From Candidatus Poribacteria bacterium (GTDB lineage Bacteria > Poribacteria > WGA-4E > PCPOR2b), in the NCBI GenBank assembly GCA_965208675.1, contig OZ242351.1, forward strand, positions 3,776,001 to 3,840,000: a DNA stretch of 64,000 nucleotides, read 5' to 3'. Below the pieces are notes generated by a model. The model saw only the letters and a list, made by a program, of their open reading frames with translations, had not been told where the DNA came from and made no database searches. Positions 27,378 through 38,233 of the stretch are shown one piece after another (position 1 is the stretch's first letter; each line of letters opens with the position of its first letter). The position numbers were made by a program, and so were the translations under genes.

Positions 27378-30185
27378 ATGCCCAATCGGAAACCAATGAA
27401 TAAGGAGTCTCTTTTGAAAACACTACCTGTGAATCGAATGTGTCTCATGTTCGTCTTTGTTGCAATCCTGATAATTTACACACAAGACAGTCACGGGCAA
27501 TCGATAACCGCATCAATCACAGAACCGTTGACGGAAGCATCCCTACATGAAAGTGTTGTCACACTTACGCTTAGCGGCGGTCGGTTCGTTGATAGCCGAT
27601 GGCGCATTAAAGATGCGTTGTCCATCTCCGGCATTGAGGGTGTTGATTTTGAATCGTGGAATGTGGAACGGGTGAGCGACACGGTGGCAACCGTTGGACT
27701 TGAGTTTGCTGGCAACATTGACATTAATGCAGTCCTAACCTTCACTGTGGAAGCAGGCGCAATCGCGGAATATAATGGAAACGCGCTTGTAGCGACATTA
27801 CCTGTCACTGCGATACAGGAATCGCTGAAGGCATCGACAGAGATCCCCTTGACAGAAGCGATGCTGAACCAAGGCATTATTACACTCACGCTCACCGGCC
27901 GACAGTTTGTTCATCGGCGATGGAATATCAGAGATGCGTTGTCCGTCTCCGGCATTGAAGGGGTTTCTCTTGCCGATTTCCTAATACGTGTAAGCGACAC
28001 CGAAGTGACAATTAAACTTGAGTTTGCTGGCAACATTGACGAGGATGCCACGCTCACCCTCGCGGTTGGTCCCGATGCCATTGCAGGATACGATAAACCT
28101 TTTACTGTTCAAATCCCCGTCACCGCCGTGGAGGAATCATTGCATGCATCTACAGAGGCACCCTTGACGGAAGCAACACTGCACGGAAGTATTATCACCT
28201 TAACACTTAGTGGCCGGCAATTCAATGATGCTCGATGGGTGATTGGAGACGCATTGTCCGTCTCCGGCATTGATGGAGTTACTACGGGAGAATGGTCGTC
28301 GGGTGTGAGACGTCGGAGTGACACGGAAGTAACAATTGAACTTGAGTTTGCTGGAAACATTGACGAGGATGCCACGCTCACCCTCACCGTTGGTCCCGAT
28401 GCCTTAGTAGGATACGATAAACCCTTTACCTTTGAATTCCCTGTCACAGCCGTTGAGGAATCGCTGACCGCATCAACGGGGTTCCCCTTAACGGAGGCGA
28501 CGCTGGACGGCAGCATTATCAGCCTCTCGCTCAGCGGACGTTCCTTTGTCGAAGACTTTTCTCCCGATTGGGGTAGAGAAGCCCCAGAGTCAGTCTCCGG
28601 CATTGAAGGTGTTACTGTTCAATACTCTGGTGTGAGACGTGTAAGTGATACGGAGGTGACAATTATATTGGCATTCTCCGGCAATATAGACGCCGATGCT
28701 ACACTCACTCTCACCGTAGGTACGGATGCTATAGTAGGATACAATGAAGAGTTCTTAATCCAATTGCCTGTTATAGCTGTTGAGGAATCATTGGTCGCAG
28801 CAACCGCCGCACCCTTGACAGAGGCTACGCTGGACGGCAGCATCATCTCACTCTCACTAAACGGACGGCAGTTTGCCGACTGGTGGACTGCCGAAGACTG
28901 GTCAGTTTCCGGCATTGACGGTGTTACATTTGGTTATGGGGAACGTGTGAGCGACACAGAGATAGTAGTGCCGCTTGAATTTGATGGCACTGACTTTGAT
29001 ACCGACGCAACACTTGGCTTTACTGTCGAGGCAAATATGGCAAATTACAATCAGGCGTTAACAGCACAGATTCCTGTTACCGCGATACAACAATCGAACG
29101 CCACCGTGAGCATTGCGCCCTCGCCGGTCGAATCTCCTGATTTGGGAGAACGGCTCATATTCAACCTCAATATCGCAGGCGGAGAAAACATTGCGGGCTA
29201 TCAGGCAATCGTGTTGTTTGATGACACCGCGCTAAGCCTCGTTGATGCTGCCAATGGCGACTACCTGCCAGCAGAGGCCTTCTTCATAGCGGACGGGCCC
29301 ATTGGAGAGTCTTCGCAAATCATATACAGCCTCTCCGATGTCAGCAACGGCAACAGTATTGAGGACTATCGTAAGGTGACGCTCACCGCCAACACACTTG
29401 GTGGTGCAGGAAACGGCGATGGCACACTCGCCTCCCTCACGTTTGAGGTCGTCGACTTTAAACCATCCAAAGTGATTCCATCCCAAGTCTACCTTGTGGA
29501 TGTAGATGGCAAGCGATGGGAGGCGACTACGGAAAGTGCAGAGGTGGCTATGCCGCCCGAACCGGAAGAACTAATGTTCGGGGATATCAACCGCGATGAC
29601 GTGGTAAACATCGAAGATTTGGCAATCGTCGGTGCCCGGCTCGGTCAGAGGGGAAAAAACAGCGCGGATGTTAACGAAGATGGTCTTGTCGATATTGTTG
29701 ACATCGTCCTTGTAGCCAGTGCGTTCGATGCCGCCGCCGCCGCACCTGCCTTATATCCGCAAGCATTGGATCTGTTCACAACTGTAGAGGTAAGCCAGTG
29801 GCTCACCCAAGCCCAGGGGCTATACCTTACGGATGCAACCTTTCAACGAGGAATCCGCTTCTTAGAACAACTCCTCACAATGTTGACACCGAAAGACACA
29901 TTACTGCTTCCAAACTACCCGAATCCATTCAACCCTGAGACTTGGATTCCGTATCGGTTGGCGGAGGATGCTTTCGTAACATTAGCCATTTATTGTGGAG
30001 ACGGGCAAGTCGTCCGTACCTTTAATGTTGGGTACCAGCGTGCGGCGTTCTACGAAAGTCAGTCGAAAGCAATCCACTGGGACGGTAAAAACGAATTCGG
30101 TGAGCAGGTGGCGAGCGGTGTGTATTTTTATCGTCTGTCTGCAGGGGACTTTTCCGCAATACGCAAGATGCTTATCTTGAAGTAA
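27378..30185 (+). CDS. Secreted protein: 5 copies of a ~105-aa beta domain, cohesin-like, dockerin-like, C-terminal sorting domain
   Basis: PLTEA.L..S..TLTL repeats; IAGYQA.V.FD..AL; GDINRDDVVNIEDL/ADVNEDGLVDIVDI; PNYPNPFNPETWIPY. Confidence 0.85.
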   Translation: MPNRKPMNKESLLKTLPVNRMCLMFVFVAILIIYTQDSHGQSITASITEPLTEASLHESVVTLTLSGGRFVDSRWRIKDALSISGIEGVDFESWNVERVSDTVATVGLEFAGNIDINAVLTFTVEAGAIAEYNGNALVATLPVTAIQESLKASTEIPLTEAMLNQGIITLTLTGRQFVHRRWNIRDALSVSGIEGVSLADFLIRVSDTEVTIKLEFAGNIDEDATLTLAVGPDAIAGYDKPFTVQIPVTAVEESLHASTEAPLTEATLHGSIITLTLSGRQFNDARWVIGDALSVSGIDGVTTGEWSSGVRRRSDTEVTIELEFAGNIDEDATLTLTVGPDALVGYDKPFTFEFPVTAVEESLTASTGFPLTEATLDGSIISLSLSGRSFVEDFSPDWGREAPESVSGIEGVTVQYSGVRRVSDTEVTIILAFSGNIDADATLTLTVGTDAIVGYNEEFLIQLPVIAVEESLVAATAAPLTEATLDGSIISLSLNGRQFADWWTAEDWSVSGIDGVTFGYGERVSDTEIVVPLEFDGTDFDTDATLGFTVEANMANYNQALTAQIPVTAIQQSNATVSIAPSPVESPDLGERLIFNLNIAGGENIAGYQAIVLFDDTALSLVDAANGDYLPAEAFFIADGPIGESSQIIYSLSDVSNGNSIEDYRKVTLTANTLGGAGNGDGTLASLTFEVVDFKPSKVIPSQVYLVDVDGKRWEATTESAEVAMPPEPEELMFGDINRDDVVNIEDLAIVGARLGQRGKNSADVNEDGLVDIVDIVLVASAFDAAAAAPALYPQALDLFTTVEVSQWLTQAQGLYLTDATFQRGIRFLEQLLTMLTPKDTLLLPNYPNPFNPETWIPYRLAEDAFVTLAIYCGDGQVVRTFNVGYQRAAFYESQSKAIHWDGKNEFGEQVASGVYFYRLSAGDFSAIRKMLILK

Positions 30186-30221
30186 TATGTTTGTACCCTC
30201 GCAATATATAAGGAGTATTTT

Positions 30222-32336
30222 ATGAACGCACGAGATTCTAAAACAAAAGGTGTTGTATTTATTCTCGTTACCATTTTGATGGCTATCTGTGGAACGCAAA
30301 GCATCGGTTACGCGCAGGAAGGCACCCCAACAATCACAGCATCTGTTGAAGAACCGTTGACAGAAGCAATCCTACATGAGAGCTTCGTCACACTCACCCT
30401 TACCGGGTGGCAGTTTGTTGATGGCACAAGGGCTATCGGAAACGCGGTGTCAGTCTCCGGCATTGATGGTGTCACTGTTTATAGATATAACGTATACCGT
30501 GTGAGCGATACGACAGGGGAGGGCATAAGTGACACGGAGGTTGAGGTTAGACTAACATTCTCCGGTAACATGGACACTGATGCCATACTTACCTTCACCG
30601 TTGGCGCGAGCGCGATAGTAGGATATGATGGGCAAGCACTCACTGCGCAAGTCTCTGTCACTGCGATGGAGGAATCCTTGGAGGCTTCAACAGAAGCACC
30701 TTTGACCGAGGCAAACCTGCACGGAAATATCATTACCCTCATGCTCACCGGGCGCCGGTTTGTGGATAGCAACTGGGCTATTGCAGATGCAGTTGCAATC
30801 TCCGGCGTTGATGGTATTACTTTTGAACCGTGGGACGTAGACAAAATAAGCGACACGGAGGTGACCGTTGAACTGACATTTTCTGGTAACATTGACGAAG
30901 ATGCGACCCTCTCGCTCACCCTCGGTTCCGATGCCATAGTGGGCGGCGGATACGCATTTACCATTGAATTCCCTGTCCCGGCAGTGGAGGAATCCCTAGA
31001 CATTTCTACAGAGTTTCACTTGACAGAGGCTACGTTGGATGGAAGCGTCATCGCGCTCACGCTCGCAGGGCGGCAGTTTGTTGACGGCAACTGGGCTATC
31101 GCCGACGCCCTGTCCGTTTCAGGCATTGACGGCGTTACTGTAGAACCGTGGTATGTAAACAACATAAGCGGCACGGAGGTGAGGGTTAGACTAACATTCT
31201 CCGGGAACATGGACGCCGATGCAACACTTACCTTTGCCGTCGGAGCGGACGCAATAGCTGGTTATAATCAAGAGTTTACTGCACAATTTTCTGTCACCGC
31301 GATACAAAAATCAAATGCCGTGGTGAGCATTTCGCCCGCATCGGTCCAATCCCCTGCTGTCGGAGAGCAATTTACACTCAACCTCAATATCGCGGGCGGC
31401 GAAAACGTCGCAGGTTATCAAGTTACCGTGTTGTATGATGACAGCGCACTCAACCTCGTGGACGCTGCCAACGGCGGCTATCTACCAGCAAACCCATTCT
31501 TTTTGGCGGATAGGTATTACGGGTACGTAAGGCTCAATGCAAGCACACTCGCTCTGGCAGCTAACGGGGACGGCACACTCGCCGCCCTCACGTTTCAGAC
31601 CGTAGACTTTAAGGCATCCACGGTGGCCCTATCCGATGTCTACCTTGTGGATGCCGATGGAATACGGTGGGAGGCGACGACCATAGATGCGGAGGTAACG
31701 ATACCCCCAGAACCGCCAGAACCAATCTTTGGGGATGTTAACCGCGATGGCGTCGTGGACATCCAAGATTTGAAAATCGTCAACGCCCGCTTCGGCCAGA
31801 CCGGGCAAAACAGTGCCGACCTCAACGAGGATGGTTTGGTCGATATCATCGACCTCGTCCTCGTTGCCGGCGCCGTTGGCGACGAGGCAGCCGCACCTAA
31901 ATTATTTCCACAGGCATTAGAATTGATTACAACTACCGATATCCAAGATTGGCTCACCGAGGCACGACAATTAACATTGACCGACCCCGTATACCTCCGC
32001 GGTATCACCACGCTGGAACAACTCCTAAAAACATTGACGCCCAAAAAGACCGCGTTATTGCCCAATTATCCCAATCCATTCAATCCTGAAACATGGATAC
32101 CTTATCATCTGTCCAACGACGCGGACGTACAGATATCTATTTACGATATGAAAGGAGTGTTAGTGCGTCGGTTGGACATTGGACATCAAACGGCAGGCTA
32201 CTATACGGATCGGACGAAAGCGGCGAATTGGGATGGGAAAAACGAATTCGGTGAGGATGTAGCGAGCGCTGTGTATTTCTATCACCTGTCCACCCGAAAG
32301 TATTCCGCCGCACGGAAGATGCTAATTCTGAAGTAA
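30222..32336 (+). CDS. Paralog with 3 repeat domains, cohesin-like, dockerin-like, C-terminal sorting domain
   Basis: Same motifs as 27378; SD AAGGAG. Confidence 0.85.
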   Translation: MNARDSKTKGVVFILVTILMAICGTQSIGYAQEGTPTITASVEEPLTEAILHESFVTLTLTGWQFVDGTRAIGNAVSVSGIDGVTVYRYNVYRVSDTTGEGISDTEVEVRLTFSGNMDTDAILTFTVGASAIVGYDGQALTAQVSVTAMEESLEASTEAPLTEANLHGNIITLMLTGRRFVDSNWAIADAVAISGVDGITFEPWDVDKISDTEVTVELTFSGNIDEDATLSLTLGSDAIVGGGYAFTIEFPVPAVEESLDISTEFHLTEATLDGSVIALTLAGRQFVDGNWAIADALSVSGIDGVTVEPWYVNNISGTEVRVRLTFSGNMDADATLTFAVGADAIAGYNQEFTAQFSVTAIQKSNAVVSISPASVQSPAVGEQFTLNLNIAGGENVAGYQVTVLYDDSALNLVDAANGGYLPANPFFLADRYYGYVRLNASTLALAANGDGTLAALTFQTVDFKASTVALSDVYLVDADGIRWEATTIDAEVTIPPEPPEPIFGDVNRDGVVDIQDLKIVNARFGQTGQNSADLNEDGLVDIIDLVLVAGAVGDEAAAPKLFPQALELITTTDIQDWLTEARQLTLTDPVYLRGITTLEQLLKTLTPKKTALLPNYPNPFNPETWIPYHLSNDADVQISIYDMKGVLVRRLDIGHQTAGYYTDRTKAANWDGKNEFGEDVASAVYFYHLSTRKYSAARKMLILK

Positions 32337-32358
32337 TGCAAAAAGGAGACTGAATCTC

Positions 32359-34710
32359 ATGAAAAGAGCAACCTTTTTCATTTCAATCATACTTATTTTT
32401 TCAAGTATCGGTTTACAAATCATTCCCGCTCAAGTCGTCTTTGAACATGGTGATGCCGTTCTTTCAGTGGCGTTTTCGCCGGTGGACGATACACTGCTCG
32501 CCTCGGGATCGCTAGATAGCACAGTGAAGTTATGGGATGTCGTGGCCCAAACAGATGCCGCTACACTTGCGGGGCATGCCGCTGCGGTAGGGTCTGTCGC
32601 TTTTTCACCCAACGGCATGTTGCTCGCTTCCGGGTCGTATGATGGCACAGTGAAAATATGGGATGTGAACGCCCGCACAGATATCGCCACGCTTGACGAG
32701 GGTGCGGTTCCCATCACCTCGGTGGCGTTTTCGCCCGATGGTACAACCGTCGCTTCGGGAGCCGCAGATGGGATGGTCAAGTTGTGGGATGTAGAGACTC
32801 ACCAAAATACTGCTGCATTTGGCGGATATGATGCCGCAATTATTGAAGAGGGAGGGTGGCTCACATCTGTGTCGTTTTTGTCCAATACAACCCTCGCCTA
32901 TGGAGCAATAGATAGCATCCAGATGTGGGATATCGCGGCTGCCGAAAATCTCACGGAAATTGACCTGCCTGACGATCTTGTGATTTCAGTGGCGTTTTCG
33001 CCGGATGGCGCAACCCTTGCCGCCTCTTCAGCGAATAGCGTCATCCAATTGTGGGAGGTCGAGACCGGGAGAGATGCCGGTACTTTGCATCTGCCGAGTG
33101 AATATTTCTTCCCGCTTCCTTTTTTCTCCTTTTCATCCGACGGAACCTTGATTGCCGCCACACATGACGAAAACATAGGACTGTGGGATGTCGAATCCGG
33201 CACGCAGATGAATACACTGTTCGGGCATACGGATGTTGTCCGGTCTGTATCCTTTTCAAGTGGTGGATCGCTCGCCTCCGGGGCATTGGATGGCACAGTG
33301 AGGTTGTGGGATGTGTCGCTCGCTTATGAACCACAACCAACACAGGACACGTTAGTCGCATCAACAGCGTTCCCCTTGACGGAGGCAACCCTGCCCGGAA
33401 GCGTTGTTACACTTACACTCACCGGTCATCTGTTTGTTGATGACGAATGGGTTATCGCAGAAGCAATTTCAGTTTCTGGTGTTGATGGGGTTACTGTTAG
33501 CGCGGGTTACTTCGATTCCTTCGGCGCGGAACGCGTAAGCGACACAAATGTAACGGTGCTACTTGAATTCGACGGCACTGACTTTGATGCTGATGCAACA
33601 CTCGCTTTTTCCGTGGGTGCAGACGCAATAGTAGATAGCAATGGTCAAGGGTTTACCGCGCTAATCCCCGTCACCGCGATACAGAAATCGAATTCTTCCG
33701 TGAGCATTTCGCCCGCATCGGTCGTATCTCCCGCTGTTGGAGAGAAATTAACGTTCAGTCTCAATATCGAAGGCGGCGAAAACGTCGCCGGCTATCAGGT
33801 AACTGTGTTATTTGATCCAACCGCCCTCAACTATGTGAGCAGGACCGACGGCGACTACGGCGATTACTTGCCCGTGGAAACGTTCTTTGCGGGCGATGGA
33901 GGGATACTCGCCGCAAAGACATTCGCTGGTGCAAGAAATGGTGACGGCACATTAGCCACCCTCACGTTCGAGGTCAAAGACTTTAAGCCATCCACGGTTA
34001 TCTTATCCAAAGTCTACCTAGTGGATGCAAATGGAGTGCGGTGGGAAGCGGCCATGGAAGACGCAACGGTGACTATATCGCCAGAACCCGCAGAAGCAAT
34101 CTTTGGGGATATCAACCGCGATGGTATAGTAAATACCCAAGATTTGGTAATCGTTGGTGCCCGACTCGGTCAGCGGGGACAAAACAGTGCCGATCTCAAC
34201 GGAGATCGGCTTGTTGATATAGTAGACCTTGTCCTCGTTGCTAGTGTGTTTAGCGAGGAGGTAGCTGCTCCTTCCTTGTACCCACAATCATTAGAACCGC
34301 TCACTACCGCAGACTTACACCAGTGGATCAAGCAAGCTCAGGGGCTGTACCTTATAGATGCCAACTTGCAAAAAGGTATCCGCTTCTTGGAGCAACTCCT
34401 AACAGTGCTAATCCCGAAAGAATCAGCACTATTGCCCAACTACCCGAATCCGTTCAACCCGGAGACGTGGATACCCTATCATCTGTCAATCGACGACGAT
34501 GTACAAATCTCGATTTATGATTCAAAAGGCGTGTTAGTGCGATGGTTGGATTTAGGGCATCAGGCAGCGGGGTATTATACCGATCGGACGAAAGCCGCGT
34601 ATTGGGACGGCAGAAACGAATTGGGTGAGCAGGTGGCGAGCGGTCCGTATTTTTATCAACTCCGTGCGGGGGAGTATACCGCATTACGGCGGATGGTAAT
34701 CGTCAAGTAA
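32359..34710 (+). CDS. Secreted WD40 propeller, 1 repeat domain, cohesin-like, dockerin-like, C-terminal sorting domain
   Basis: SVAFSP..LASGS.D.TVKLWDV repeats; same tail as 27378. Confidence 0.87.
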   Translation: MKRATFFISIILIFSSIGLQIIPAQVVFEHGDAVLSVAFSPVDDTLLASGSLDSTVKLWDVVAQTDAATLAGHAAAVGSVAFSPNGMLLASGSYDGTVKIWDVNARTDIATLDEGAVPITSVAFSPDGTTVASGAADGMVKLWDVETHQNTAAFGGYDAAIIEEGGWLTSVSFLSNTTLAYGAIDSIQMWDIAAAENLTEIDLPDDLVISVAFSPDGATLAASSANSVIQLWEVETGRDAGTLHLPSEYFFPLPFFSFSSDGTLIAATHDENIGLWDVESGTQMNTLFGHTDVVRSVSFSSGGSLASGALDGTVRLWDVSLAYEPQPTQDTLVASTAFPLTEATLPGSVVTLTLTGHLFVDDEWVIAEAISVSGVDGVTVSAGYFDSFGAERVSDTNVTVLLEFDGTDFDADATLAFSVGADAIVDSNGQGFTALIPVTAIQKSNSSVSISPASVVSPAVGEKLTFSLNIEGGENVAGYQVTVLFDPTALNYVSRTDGDYGDYLPVETFFAGDGGILAAKTFAGARNGDGTLATLTFEVKDFKPSTVILSKVYLVDANGVRWEAAMEDATVTISPEPAEAIFGDINRDGIVNTQDLVIVGARLGQRGQNSADLNGDRLVDIVDLVLVASVFSEEVAAPSLYPQSLEPLTTADLHQWIKQAQGLYLIDANLQKGIRFLEQLLTVLIPKESALLPNYPNPFNPETWIPYHLSIDDDVQISIYDSKGVLVRWLDLGHQAAGYYTDRTKAAYWDGRNELGEQVASGPYFYQLRAGEYTALRRMVIVK

Positions 34711-34727
34711 ACTGCAAGATTGGCAAG

Positions 34728-34764
34728 AGAAACCGAGTTTTTTTCTTCAAAACTCGGTTTCTTT
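34728..34764 (+). terminator. Repeated terminator-like hairpin AGAAACCGAGTTT..AAACTCGGTTTCT
   Basis: Directly after the stop codon; near-identical copy at 48750-48785 and a degenerate one near 44038. Confidence 0.7.
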
Positions 34765-34978
34765 CCGAAGTTCGGGAAGGGTTCCTCCCGACTCAACTTG
34801 GAATTTCTTTGGGTTGGGATCAACCGAACGAATAGATCATCTGAGCGAATAGAGAGGGATCAACCGAGTGGACAACGGGGGCGATAGTCTTTTTCAGATT
34901 TTCGAGGTTAGCTTCCGCCCTCCCACGTTCCGATAACCCGATTGCATGTCCCAATCGAAAACCAACGAAAAGGAGTTT

Positions 34979-35289
34979 ATGATGAAAACGAAAATTGTGA
35001 AATTATGAGTCCCACATTGCTAACGATATTTGGATTTACTTTACCCATTTCCCTCATCTTACCCGTCGTTCCTACTTTGGGAACCAATGAATTCGAGTTC
35101 AGAATGGGATTCGGTATTTCGCACCGTGCTCCAGACGCTGATTCTACTTTTGTCCTTAAGGCAGAAGGAAAGTATCAACGTGTGTTAATCGAAGATGAAA
35201 ACGCTAATGGATTTTCATTTACTATCGGGTTTGGTACTCGGTTTGGAAACGACAAAGCTAGCACCTTTGAGGTGCCAAACACGCAATAG
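34979..35289 (+). pseudogene. Internally deleted, frameshifted paralog of the 37169 beta-barrel gene
   Basis: Same SD/start context AAGGAGTTTAT..TGAAAACG; FGISH joined almost directly to FVL..E..YQR...GTRF. Confidence 0.65.
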
Positions 35290-35369
35290 CGATTTCACCG
35301 CTGCGCACTGGATATAGATTCGGAAGTAGAGGTTTTGATGAAAACACAATACAGAAAGGAACGCTTCAG

Positions 35370-36476
35370 ATGAATAAGTCAAGTGTAATTCTCACAATTG
35401 CCATTACGTTGCTACTGAGTGCCTTCATGGCAGGTTGCGGCGAGGACGAAGCCGATATCGACACTCGCGGCGAGGATAAAGTCGACGTTGACACTCCCGG
35501 CGAGGATAAAGTCGATGTCGAGAGTCTTTATAAAGAATTAGTCGGGACGTATGATTTGTTAATGACAGTACTTACTACAGATGGTGCTAAATTAGTGGCT
35601 GAACCCCCCAACGTTGCCGGAACTATGACAATATCGTCAGATAAAAAAGTAACCATGAAATTTCAAGTGTTTGACTCTTCTGAATTCATCACAGGCTCAT
35701 TTGAAATCCTGCCAGATGAAGGAGTCATGTTAATAGACGTTGAAGCAGGTGATTTAAATCCCAAAGCAACTTATACATATACATGGGATGGCAAAATATT
35801 AACAACGGCAGTAGGCGCTGGGGCCGACGTTGGGAAGCACTTTTGGCGCAAGTTGAACAACAACGTGATAGAACTACAGCCGCCCGAGCCGCAATTTCCT
35901 CCGGAACTGGAATCGGAACCACCACCGCCCTCCGCAGCATTTGTTAGTGCAAATCCCCCGTTCGGTTCAACGATTGCCGTGGATGCAATTATCACCTTAA
36001 CCTTTGACAATATACCCGCTGATGTCACAGTAAACAGTGGTAGAGCTGTTGTTGATGGTAGGACCGTGGTTGTCGAGGGGCCGTTCATCCCAGGTCCTCT
36101 TGAGCTAAAAGTTACATGGGATAATGGATTCGAGACGCTCCGATATATTGTTTTCCGTCCTGACGTTGATCCGCCCGTAGTTACTGGCGCAACCGTCAGA
36201 GATGGTGACAAAGATGTGAATCCCGCCCTTCTTAACAATGATGGCATTGAGATTACCTTCAGTGAAGATGTCACTGGAATCATCGCCCTTCAAACTGAAG
36301 ACGGCGACGATGTCGGTTGGATTGGATGGGTCGAAGGCAACAAAGCGGCACTTGAGGCCGTCAAGGGCAGAGAGATTGGCAACGAAACGACCTATGTTAT
36401 CAAAGGTAAAGTCGCTGACGCTGCCGGGAACGAAACTGAAGTTAATATAACCTTTACAACTATGGGTTTCGAGTAA
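35370..36476 (+). CDS. Lipoprotein with lipocalin-like and Ig-like (Big_5-like) domains
   Basis: MAGC lipobox; LVGTYDL; Pro-rich linker; IEITFSEDV..V.DAAGN...FTT. Confidence 0.75.
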   Translation: MNKSSVILTIAITLLLSAFMAGCGEDEADIDTRGEDKVDVDTPGEDKVDVESLYKELVGTYDLLMTVLTTDGAKLVAEPPNVAGTMTISSDKKVTMKFQVFDSSEFITGSFEILPDEGVMLIDVEAGDLNPKATYTYTWDGKILTTAVGAGADVGKHFWRKLNNNVIELQPPEPQFPPELESEPPPPSAAFVSANPPFGSTIAVDAIITLTFDNIPADVTVNSGRAVVDGRTVVVEGPFIPGPLELKVTWDNGFETLRYIVFRPDVDPPVVTGATVRDGDKDVNPALLNNDGIEITFSEDVTGIIALQTEDGDDVGWIGWVEGNKAALEAVKGREIGNETTYVIKGKVADAAGNETEVNITFTTMGFE

Positions 36477-36581
36477 AATTGAGGCTATTTTGATTGTCTG
36501 AATCGGAGAACACACAGGTTCAGGAAGGACTTGAACGGAAAGAACTTTTATGTCGTAGCATGCGTCCCAGAATCAACAACA

Positions 36582-36725
36582 CTTGGATATTAACCCGCGG
36601 GAATGTATTAGACTCGAAACCGTGCCGCCTATTGGGACGGCAATCCTGTCGCAAGCGGTGTGTCCTTCTATCACCTGCCCGCTGGCGATTTTTACGCCGC
36701 TCGGAAGATGCTCGTCGTCAAGTAG
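36582..36725 (+). pseudogene. Relic of a C-terminal sorting domain
   Basis: LGY*PAGMY*TRNRAAYWDG.NPVASGVSFYHL..GDFYAARKMLVVK*. Confidence 0.8.
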
Positions 36726-37168
36726 GAAAGGGATTAACAGAATCCATCTCTCGTAGGCGGGCATCTTGCCCCGCTAATTTGCTATTTTATAATCATTGCG
36801 GGTAAAAATTATACATTTACTCATTGGTTTGTGAGAGAGGCTTCCTAGCCTCGATTATCAATCAGTCGATTCCGCCTTGTGTAATTATGCACCGAAGTGA
36901 CTATATTCCGGATTGAATGTCTTGCGAAAACGGACGATAAATCATTCGTTTTCGCTCTCTGCACCTATGGTATTACAAAATCAGGTTGTAAAGTTACGGT
37001 TATTTTGACACAAACTAGTAATTGTCGTTCCCATAGACAGGGCAGCATGCCACGCACACGGGGAATTAATAGCACTACTACTAATTCCCAATCAACAGTG
37101 GGGGTAATGTCATGGAGACACTTACCCCATCACATGTCACAGTAAAAATTGATAAAAAGGAGTTTATC

Positions 37169-37798
37169 GTGAAAACGCAGCTTGTGAATCAAAGATTTCC
37201 GATGTATGGTTTTTCTGTTTTTGTTTCCTTTGTCTTATCTGTAGTTCCTGCTTCGGCTACTGACTTTGAGGTTGGAACCCAATTTGGAATTTCACACATT
37301 ATTCCTGACGACGAAGATGTTAGTGTGACTTTAACTGAAATACCATCAGGATTGGGCGGGACTATCGGGGTTAGCCCGTCTTCACTGTACACGATGTGGT
37401 TTCCAAATAAGCGGTTTGGTATGGGTCCGGAGTTCCAGTTTGGAAGGTTGTCGGTGACTGAGGAGCATTGGGACGAGAAGCGGACCGAGAGTCTGACTTC
37501 CCTTGTTCTCGGCGGCCGAGCAGTCTACTTTCTGGGTAGCCGCGCGTTGGCTAGTCCTTACGTCCTAGGGCGGGTTTCGTCAAGACATCTTATTATGAGC
37601 GATGCTGATAACGATAGTTCTCTGAGCCTCGGATTCGGTTTCGGTTATCAGTGGCTTATGCGCTCGGCTTTTGTCCTTCGGACAGAACTACAGTATCAAC
37701 GATTGTTTGATGATGAGGCTGGCGGCAACATCTTCTCTTTAAATTTCGGGATTGGCACTCGGTTCAGAAAAGATGATAATCCGGTACCCTTAAAGTAG
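37169..37798 (+). CDS. Outer-membrane beta-barrel-like protein
   Basis: GTG after AAGGAG; signal peptide (ASA); amphipathic strands, SPYV.G, GFGFGYQ, NFGIGTRF. Confidence 0.7.
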   Translation: MKTQLVNQRFPMYGFSVFVSFVLSVVPASATDFEVGTQFGISHIIPDDEDVSVTLTEIPSGLGGTIGVSPSSLYTMWFPNKRFGMGPEFQFGRLSVTEEHWDEKRTESLTSLVLGGRAVYFLGSRALASPYVLGRVSSRHLIMSDADNDSSLSLGFGFGYQWLMRSAFVLRTELQYQRLFDDEAGGNIFSLNFGIGTRFRKDDNPVPLK

Positions 37799-38233
37799 GT
37801 GCCGAAATCTAGGGGTAGACCGTGTAAGAAATTCGAATAGCACGGTTGAACCTGAATTCAACAGGAACATCAAATCGGAAAATGCGTTGACCTCCACAGC
37901 GGGCGTGTCATAAGAACTGCAATGAAGCGTATTCACCTAACGCGAGAGCGCACAGGTGCCATGGCCCGCCCTTACTGTGGATTTTGACGGCTCGTTTTTC
38001 AATACTAAAACCATTTCACTTGAATAAGTAGTGCGAATGATGTCTTTATAATATCATTCACTTACTTCGTAGGCGGGGCATCCTGCCCCACCGACTTTGC
38101 GCGGCGCAGACAAGGTTTCTTCCTCCGCTCCACACATGTTTCTTTGCTTGATCCACGCAATGAACGCACTTGACTTCTAGAGAAATGGGATACGTTGTTG
38201 TACTCAAACCCAAAAGATTAATGAGAGGTTTAA

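Noticed and set aside
27378-34710. Diversity-generating retroelement behind the loop variation
   Set aside because: No reverse transcriptase and no TR/VR pair differing only at adenines; loops also vary in length.
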